From: a virus
Length of the DNA: 64,000 nt
Virus record (IMG/VR): IMGVR_UViG_3300028287_000410
Coordinates: 43,763-107,762 of that record
Direction: 5' to 3' (one strand)
Shown: positions 48,873 through 57,500 of the stretch, one piece after another
Numbering within the stretch: position 1 is the stretch's first letter
Layout: each line of letters starts with the position of its first letter
Notes under the pieces: model-generated
What the model was told of the DNA's origin: nothing
The model's database searches: none
The model's input: only the letters and a program-made list of their open reading frames with translations
Made by a program: the position numbers and the translations under genes

Positions 48873-49847
48873 TTAAAGTTCAGAAATATGAGAGTATGTT
48901 GGAGTTGGTATGACAACACCGTTACCTGATGGGTCATTATCATCTGCACGTTGTTGGTCAATCGTTACAGTAAGTGTGCCTTCGGTATAATCAGTGCCTG
49001 TCCAAGAGCCGCCGCCGTCGTTTGTCCATGTACCAGTATCTGATACGTGGCCATCGTTGTATTCAATTTTGATATCAACTGCGGCGCCGTTTGTTCTTGC
49101 ATATACATTAAGTTGGTTCTGCACGTAATCACCAGTGCCACCTTTTGTGTACACAAGTGCGTATGTTGCTGTTAAACTAGTAAATCCTACACCCGGAGTA
49201 CCAACACTTGCTGAACTCTCTGTGGAATTATTTGATAGTTTAACCATTGCAATCGCTGTAAGTAAATCAGCCCATGAATCACTTTGTGCGTGTGATACAT
49301 CATAACCTGTTAATTCTGTAGACAAACGAATTTCACCGCCTGTGTTAAAGAAGTTACGCATCGCATCTGTATCTGCAAATGTAGTTTTGAATTCGTAATT
49401 TTGTGGGTTATTTGAATTATCCCAATGATTGCCTGCCGTTGCAGGATCTACGAATGTCTTTGATGACGAAATTTTGTTTGTCTCAAGCGTCATCAAAGAG
49501 ATGTCGTAGTTTAATTTGTTAGCACGAACACTTGCTATATCCGCTACAAGTGTAGGAATAAGTTCAATGATTCTATTAGGTGCCGGAAAGTCAGGGTCTG
49601 TTGTGACTGCAGGTATACTAATAGTCGTAGCTTGGTGCAAAGCGGCGAATTTTATAGATGTTAATAATTCATCCCAATTCGCCGCTCTGACTTTTGAACC
49701 AGCAGTCACAAGAGTCACTAGTAGCTGTGATTGCCCATAACCTGAATCACCTGCCCCTAATCCAACAATCTCATTAATATCATTTGCGAAACCATTGAAA
49801 TCAGATGCTCTGATTTTGCCTCCCAGATAGTAACTTTGTGGTGCCAT
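48873..49847 (-). CDS. Putative virion structural / tail-fibre-like protein
   Basis: Thr/Gly/Asp-rich; GYGQ and FFNTGGEIRLS motifs shared with the neighbour; lies in the baseplate module. Confidence 0.6.
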   Translation of the reverse strand: MAPQSYYLGGKIRASDFNGFANDINEIVGLGAGDSGYGQSQLLVTLVTAGSKVRAANWDELLTSIKFAALHQATTISIPAVTTDPDFPAPNRIIELIPTLVADIASVRANKLNYDISLMTLETNKISSSKTFVDPATAGNHWDNSNNPQNYEFKTTFADTDAMRNFFNTGGEIRLSTELTGYDVSHAQSDSWADLLTAIAMVKLSNNSTESSASVGTPGVGFTSLTATYALVYTKGGTGDYVQNQLNVYARTNGAAVDIKIEYNDGHVSDTGTWTNDGGGSWTGTDYTEGTLTVTIDQQRADDNDPSGNGVVIPTPTYSHISEL

Positions 49848-49877
49848 TTAATTTGTCCTCAGTATATTATTCTTTTA

Positions 49878-50795
49878 TTATAGTGTATTTGTAACTGTGA
49901 AAGATGGATTAGTTATGCTTACTGATCCGCTTGCGTTTGTGAGTTTTAATGAAGACACATTAACAGTCGATGTACCTGGAACAACATCTTGTCCAGTCCA
50001 TGACCATGCGCCGCCGTAACCTGAACCAGAACCACTACGTGCTACGTGTGCATCTACTAGACGTACTGTAACATAGATGTCTGAACCTGACTTATATGCA
50101 GAGATATCTGCATAGTTAGATGAATAATCACCATCGTTAGCATACTCGCGTTTGATGTATGCATTTGATGTTGATAAATCTGAATACTTTTTACGTGTTG
50201 ATGTATCAATGTTAGTTGAATCTGTTGCACGTGCTGAAATGCGATATGTTCCCACTTCTGCTGTTAACTGTTCCCATGACGTACCTTGTTGATTACTAGT
50301 TGTGTCACTGTGTGACATTGAAATACGAATTTCGCCGCCTGCAGCGAACCACGCATCCATAGTTGCAGTTGAACCAAAAGAAATACGTGTTACTGTATCA
50401 CGTGTGCCGTTCCAGTTAGAAACAGTCTGCGATGTTTCTGTTACTGCTGACATATCCCAACCTGAAGAATAACTCCATGGTGAATTGAAACGTGTGTTGA
50501 TTTCAGTTTCGAATGTTGCTGCTGCACCTGCATAGTGTGACCATGCAACTGTTGTACCTGCATTCACTGCTGTGAAAGGGTTCGAAATGTTATAATAGTT
50601 TGAAATTTTTGCTGCCGCCGAGAAAATTGAATCGAAGTATGCATCATCGATTACATTACCTGTAACTGGGTTGTCAGCAATTGAGTGACCTTGGTTGTAG
50701 CCGCCAAGAACACCTGTTCCATTAAGAATAGTGTTCATTTTGGTACGTAGGCTTGCAAATGGGTCATTTGCGTTAATAGTTGATCCTACAGCCAT
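49878..50795 (-). CDS. Putative virion structural / tail-fibre-like protein (paralog)
   Basis: Very Ser/Thr-rich; GYNQ, WFAAGGEIRIS and SW..L motifs. Confidence 0.6.
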   Translation of the reverse strand: MAVGSTINANDPFASLRTKMNTILNGTGVLGGYNQGHSIADNPVTGNVIDDAYFDSIFSAAAKISNYYNISNPFTAVNAGTTVAWSHYAGAAATFETEINTRFNSPWSYSSGWDMSAVTETSQTVSNWNGTRDTVTRISFGSTATMDAWFAAGGEIRISMSHSDTTSNQQGTSWEQLTAEVGTYRISARATDSTNIDTSTRKKYSDLSTSNAYIKREYANDGDYSSNYADISAYKSGSDIYVTVRLVDAHVARSGSGSGYGGAWSWTGQDVVPGTSTVNVSSLKLTNASGSVSITNPSFTVTNTL

Positions 50796-50872
50796 ATTTT
50801 TGCTCCTAAGTTGACTAGTCGTTTAGTTGGCTTGCGCCGTTAAAAATCAAGAAAGATTTTCCGGATTCTTTC

Positions 50873-51535
50873 TTAATTAATTTGTATTGTAACCGTATAA
50901 TCGATTACGATTGTTCTATTCGCCGATAGTAACACTGGATGGAAAGTCACGTGTGTTAGCATCAATGTTTTATCTTCGTCCAAATCTGACCAATCGTTTG
51001 TATCATTGATTAAATTGCCAGATAATAGTGCAATTTCATCAAATGTGAAAGTTTCTGATACTGTTGAATCGTTCTCTGGAACTGTTTCATTATTCATATC
51101 AGCATATTGCTGATGATCCATTTCTACTCTAAAATTAATCTTTGATGTATTATCTGGGACAATCTCGCCTTCTCCCATATCTTGTCCTGGGAAATAAACT
51201 GTATTGTCTGTTCTTTGTTGATAAGTTTTAGCGTATAATGTTGAATTACTTGAAGTGATAGGCAGTTGGTCGTAAATACCAAATACTCTAGGAGAGCGAT
51301 ATGAAAGTGTTGTAGTTGAACTGCTACCACCGTTGCCGAATGCCATCCAATTTACAAAAGGTGCAGAACCGCCGGTATTTACATCAACTGCGGATCCCGC
51401 TAATGCACTTGCAAGCACATATGCCATGTTACCTGGGTGAATGGCATTCCTCTTTTGCACAAGAATGTCACCACTATCTTTATCAAAGATTTTAAGTGTG
51501 CCGATAACTTGTGATTTAATATCTTCGTTAAACAT
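50873..51535 (-). CDS. Putative baseplate/tail-collar structural protein
   Basis: G.LKIFD...KRNAI, MAFGNGG, FDEIAL and IDYTVTI pattern typical of myophage baseplate-associated proteins; position in the module. Confidence 0.55.
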   Translation of the reverse strand: MFNEDIKSQVIGTLKIFDKDSGDILVQKRNAIHPGNMAYVLASALAGSAVDVNTGGSAPFVNWMAFGNGGSSSTTTLSYRSPRVFGIYDQLPITSSNSTLYAKTYQQRTDNTVYFPGQDMGEGEIVPDNTSKINFRVEMDHQQYADMNNETVPENDSTVSETFTFDEIALLSGNLINDTNDWSDLDEDKTLMLTHVTFHPVLLSANRTIVIDYTVTIQIN

Positions 51536-51565
51536 TCATATCTCTCTTTTTTCAAATTCTAAGTA

Positions 51566-51573
51566 TATTTATC
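51566..51573 (-). promoter_or_regulatory. GATAAATA late-promoter-like motif
   Basis: Intergenic, 30 nt upstream of a structural gene; resembles the T4 gp55 promoter TATAAATA. Confidence 0.5.
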
Positions 51574-51595
51574 ATTTTACCTTAGATGTCTTTTC

Positions 51596-54500
51596 TTATG
51601 TGTCCTCATGTGAGTAAATTTGATCCGGAGCACCCAATACGTAAATTGTATTGCCATTATCTACACTTGTAGCAACACCATTATAGAGGCCGCGCTCTGA
51701 AATTCTCAGATTATTTGTAGATTTGCTATCGTATACCATGAACTCTACGTTTCCATTAACATCTTCAACCGCGACTAAACGTATAGTTTTAGATTTTGCC
51801 GCTTTGAATTTAGATGCTTGATCAACAACTAGAGTTTCGCCATCGAATGATGAAATTGTACCAGTATCAGTGACAGGAATATGATATCCTCTTCCAAACT
51901 TATCATACACGTAAAACTCTTTTTTGTTAAGTGTTGTTCTTGTTCCATCTGTGAATGTATCTACTGTTACGATTGAAGCATCTCTCGCTGATGCACTAAA
52001 TTCACCAGTATCAAATCCGTCTGCACTGTATGTATATTCAATATCATTGCGTAGGAACTTTCCACCTAGATATTCACCGTCTACCAATGGCTCAAATAAA
52101 CTTGTATCTGCTACTTCTTCATCGCCGCCATCGATTGCATTCAATTCAAATCTACTATGTTCACCAAAGAACTTAGTGATGTGCATATGATGCAATGCAT
52201 CAACTGTTAGGGCTGCTGTTTCATCTGTGGGATAGATACGTTCTGTTTTTCTGATCTTTGTGTGATATGGTTTCGTTTCCATTACATAATCAATTGTGTC
52301 TTGATATGAATCACGCTGATAGATTGCATATTGACGCAACGGCTTATTGAACATTGTTAAGTCGATGTAACTAGTTTTAAATATCCACTCTGGATGTGTT
52401 CTTTCTGTATACATGTATTCAATCATATCAAAGAACACTGATTTAATTTCTGAAACTTCTGCATATTCATAAATCATATTCATTAATTCGTGCAATTGTA
52501 CACTAATCTGATTAGCTGTTAACTCTGTAATACTAAAATCTAAATCAAGAACTGAATTAGCTTTGTGTACTAGTCTAATTTCTCCGTCAACTGGGAAATA
52601 GTATTCATCGCCATCATTTGACAGTTCAACTTTGAATGATGATACTCCAGTCTTATGTAAGGCAATCATATCAATGTTGCGATTACGGGACAGATATTCA
52701 AATGTCTCAATCGTTTTATACTCTTCTGTATAATGCCAATTATTTGTTGCAAATATACCGTGATTTAATGCAATGTAATCTTTATACATTGGAAAATCAG
52801 TTGCAATCATTCTTTTAGATAGTGTAGAAAGAATACTACTTGCAAAGTTATCCCTTGCTTCTGTAATATTTGCAAACCAACTATCGTATTCAGAAACATG
52901 ATATACACGCACCACGTCATCTTCTAATATGTCTACTGATGCAAGTATCCTCACATCATTAACATTAATAACAAAGTCATCATTTGTTACAATTGTGTTA
53001 TTAACTGTAATTACGATATCATCGCTAGTAAGTGAATTATCACCAATCCAATCATACGCAAATACAACACCAGTAGGGGTGATATCTGTTGCTGATACTT
53101 CGAACTGTTCGTATTGAGAAATTTTATTGTTTGCAATAGAATTCTTAAGGTCTTGTAAGAATACATCTTCTAATGGCGCACTTGATTTGCGTGAAACTAG
53201 TTCCCAATCAGTGTGGTGTGTTTCTCTATTATTGTCTATATTGTATTCGATTGAATACGTAATTGTATCCGATGTTAGTATATTTGCATTATTAGAAACG
53301 ATAACTGTATCACCGTCAACTGGGAAGAATTTGTTTACAGTTGTCGGTGAGGCAATCATCATTGAGATTTCTTCAACTGAAAACTCTTTTGTATATCTTG
53401 CTTCATCACCAGTTGCAATCCAGTAATAATACTTTGTTACAGTTTTATTTTTTATACTGTCAAAATATATTTCTGTATTGAATTGTGAAACTCCGTCTGG
53501 CAGTTTTTCACTTGTTACCCACTGTTTCACTACTACATCTGAACCTGGGACAATCTTACCCCAGAAACGTTTTGCATAATCAATATCGATGTTGCCATTT
53601 GCATCACCATAATCATCATATCTATAATAACGTGTTAGATTAGTATCCCACCAGATTTTACCTAACGATTGTGATAACCACAAATCATTATTAAGTGTAA
53701 CGTCATATTTTGCCGGATCGTTCCAGTCTACATAGTCGATATCTTTAGCAATCGAACCTGCAATCTTAAAGTTGATTGGGTCAAACAATTGATAATCGTA
53801 GAATTCGTCACCAGATTTTGCAACTATGCGATTTACATAATCAGTGTTTATTGGTGTTGCACGTCTATTTAAAATACGAAGTGTACCATACTCATCACGA
53901 TTCAACACTGCCCAACCAGAATTTAAATACTCATCTGCCCAGATTAAACTTGTATCGTTTAGTCCAAGTTCTGCATAGAACTCATCGAAATCATCACCAT
54001 TAAATCTAGGAGTAAAGCGAACAGATTTCCAGCGCATAACTTTGAAGTCTGCGTTACTAGTGACACTTGTATATTCGTTTGATAGTCCAATCTTATCAAG
54101 TATCGCTTGCGTTGTACCAGAGAATGTCATTGTGTTGTTTTCACTTGTGAAAATCATTCTACCATCACTTGAAATATTAACTGTAACATTATCAGATGCA
54201 TCATTAATTTGCTCTTTAAATTCTGCTGCACTAGAACTTAGTGTATTCGTATTACTATAAGTTCCAACTGCTATTCCCAAATCATTCCAAGCATTGCCAG
54301 TAATATCACTTAGAACGACACTACTCTCATCACTTGTGATTAAAACACGTCTATCAAATTCTTGCGCTATTGTTCCTGGCAAGCCACTTAGTGCTGTATT
54401 CAAATCTGTAATAATGCTATCAATAGAATCTACTTCTACTGATGTTTGTGCAAAGCCAAGTCGTAACATTGATCCAGGAGTAGAAGAATTTTCTTCAATG

Positions 54501-57500
54501 AGAATACTAGCGGCATTAGAAGAAATCTTTAACTTTCCAACTACAACTGATGCCGTGATGTTAGGAATGTTAAGTGAATTTATTTGTTGTGCAATACTAG
54601 ATGCTGTTGGATTAGAATTAGTTTCATATGTATTTGATGGGAACCCTAAGTCATTGAATGCCGATCCTGACAACGTAAGTTCATCTTCATTAGTTTCAAT
54701 AATTAATACATCGCCTGATATATAAGAATCTAAGTATATTAATGAATTTAAATCATCTGCTATATTTGCAAGTTTGCTCTCAATAATAGAACTAGAGCCA
54801 AAGCCAATATCAAGTAATGCGTTACCCGTCATCGTAAGTTGTGCTGTAGAACTAGTAACTACGACAAAAGCAAAACTGTTAATTGCAGCTGTTACTGGTG
54901 CGCCACTTGAATTGATTTCATCGATAATATTTTGTGCATCAAGCACAACTGCATTATGCGCTAGTGTGATTTCTACACTTTCACTGCCCGCCATTGCAGG
55001 TGTATTAATTGTAACTACTTGTCCAACTACTGTAAAGTCTGTAGTTGTTACACTATCTACTGTTACCGATGCTACACTCCAAGTAGTAGGAGAAAGTGTT
55101 TGTTGGGTAATAGTAAAATCTGTTTGTGCTGCGATAGCAGAGAACGTTTCAGTTTCATCTGCCGGAGTTGCAGGAACGTCAAAGTTGACTGTTACACCAT
55201 TAATTCTAATTTGCTTTGTTTCTGTGATTGTAGGATTTGAAATTGAGCCAAAAACTTGTATATCTCTAACCGTAACTGTGTCATTATTTCCATTAGATGA
55301 TATATCTAATTCTTTGCCTGTATCTATATCTGTAGTAGTCGTAGCAGTACTTTCTACACGTATACTTTGTGACGCACTGTAGTCAATAGTAACTGTTTCA
55401 CCATCGATATCTATTTTGTCACCTGCTTCACTCACTGCATTCTGTGTTGCTGTTGCATTGGTTCCGCTAAATGTAACTAGTGTATTTGTATTTGCAATCA
55501 AACCGTCATCACCATATACAACAATACGAACTTGTTCACCTTCACTTACGATTGGGTCTGCGGTTGCAGTATTTCCACCTATCGATATACCTGCACTTGT
55601 ACTACCTGTACCCGGTGCATATGTAAATATCTCACCATCAATAACAAGTGTGTCGCCCGAAAGAATAGTAGGGCTAGAAACATAACCAATTGCTTCAACC
55701 CCAACTGAACCTGATGTTGGGATATAAACTGAGTTGTCTGTTGTTGTATCGATTTCAACAATAAGCGGCTCGTATGTTTGGTCAAATACTAAGTATTCAT
55801 AAACCGTGACACCATTGGACATACGTGTTCCATCATTGACAAGATAATAATTACCTTGAATTTCTGGGTCTACGTTACCGTTAATGATTTTAAGATAAAC
55901 TGTTTCGCTTGTATTAACTTCATTTGTTAGTGCAATTTTCAATTGACCGTCAGATGTTTCACTAATAAAGTTAATTTCAGCAACTTCACTTAATCTCTTA
56001 ACATCCCAATCACGTTCTGTATCAAATCTTACCCATGCAAGATCACCTTCATAATATGGAAGCGTAGAAGTTACTAGAGTATCTGAATCTTGCACAACAT
56101 AATTAACATCTGATGGGTCAACGTAACCAGAAGTTTTAATTGCTACTCGTTTACCAAACTCAACTGTTGGAATTTTGTTATCCGTATTAAAGTGAACAAC
56201 ATGCGGATCACTTACAATATCAATTGTATTGATTGTAGAAGAAACTGATAGGTTGTTATCAAGTTTACCATAATCAGCAATCTTAATAGCCCACATATCA
56301 CGATGTTTCAAGTCTTCAAAGTTAGAATTGAAATTGATAATTTTATTGATACTTGAAACCGTTGACTTACCAGCCAAGAAACCTTTATAGAATTCTAACT
56401 GAGACTCACGCTCTACGCCATGATTAGTAAGATAAGTTCTCGGAGAGTATCCGATTTGATTTGATTTCAAGTTGTTTATGTTCTTTAGACTTTGATCTAC
56501 GATTGTATCTCTATAGTAACGTGTCTCGCCTACCATTGTTTCTAAGTTAGGAACAAGTTCGTTCTCATACACAATGTAACCATCTGCTGCAAGTGTACCG
56601 TCCCAATCTGTTGTTCTGTTACAATCTACAATCATGCGCAGGTTTCTGTTGTGTGAGAATGGATCATAAATTACGTCACCGTAACTGTCTACTCTATCAA
56701 CAACAAACGCTTGCTCAATATCTGCTACATCCAGTTTTATACCATACACTGGTGTCGTACTTTCCCAAGTAATTTTTGAACCATCTGAATTAAATTTAAT
56801 ATCTGTATCTGGAAGTTGTCTGCCATTTTCATCTACAACACGATAGTAGTTTTTATTTGTTTCTCTACCTACAGTTGCAACACCGTAAGGAGCTTCAAAT
56901 GATCCACTTAGTAGTATCGGGGTTAATGTAATGAAGTCTCCTGGCTGATGTACTTCTGCACTCCAGTCTAAGAATTTCTCTAACAATCTTTCAAAGTCAA
57001 CAACACGATTGTCTTCATCTACGTCAGTGAAGTCCCAGCCGATTGCTTTAAGGTATGATTGATACCCAACCATTAACTGTGCTACTTCATCACGTGTATT
57101 AAGAATATCACCATAGTTATATGATTTGATTTGATCTAGTAAAGTTTCACTGTATCCATTAGCTTCTACTTTGTTTACTCTAGGCCATTCTGGGAGTAGC
57201 TTCCAGTTTTTAATATCGTCATCAAATAGTGAACTAGCTGTATGATTAACTAGCGAAACATATGGCTTGCTATTGTAAACTGTATAACTATCTTGTCTGT
57301 AGTATTCGCCACTTGACCAAACATTGATATTAGCTTGGTCGCCGTCTGTTGACCATACTTTTTTCTTACTTGTTTTATCCCAATCTAAAGTAAAGAACAT
57401 AGGATTGTAATCATCATAACCGTGAATACGATATCCAAACTCACGTGTCTTGGGTTGTGATATCAGTGTCCACATTGAATAATCAAATTTAATTGAGTTT

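Noticed and set aside
50809-50875. Possible hairpins/terminator between structural genes
   Set aside because: The AAGAAAGA/TCTTTCTT stem is AT-only with a long loop; the second hairpin pairs only on the non-transcribed strand.
54294-55382. 143-aa and 202-aa plus-strand ORFs
   Set aside because: Antisense shadows of the 2957-aa structural gene. The same applies to the other short opposite-strand ORFs nested in long genes.
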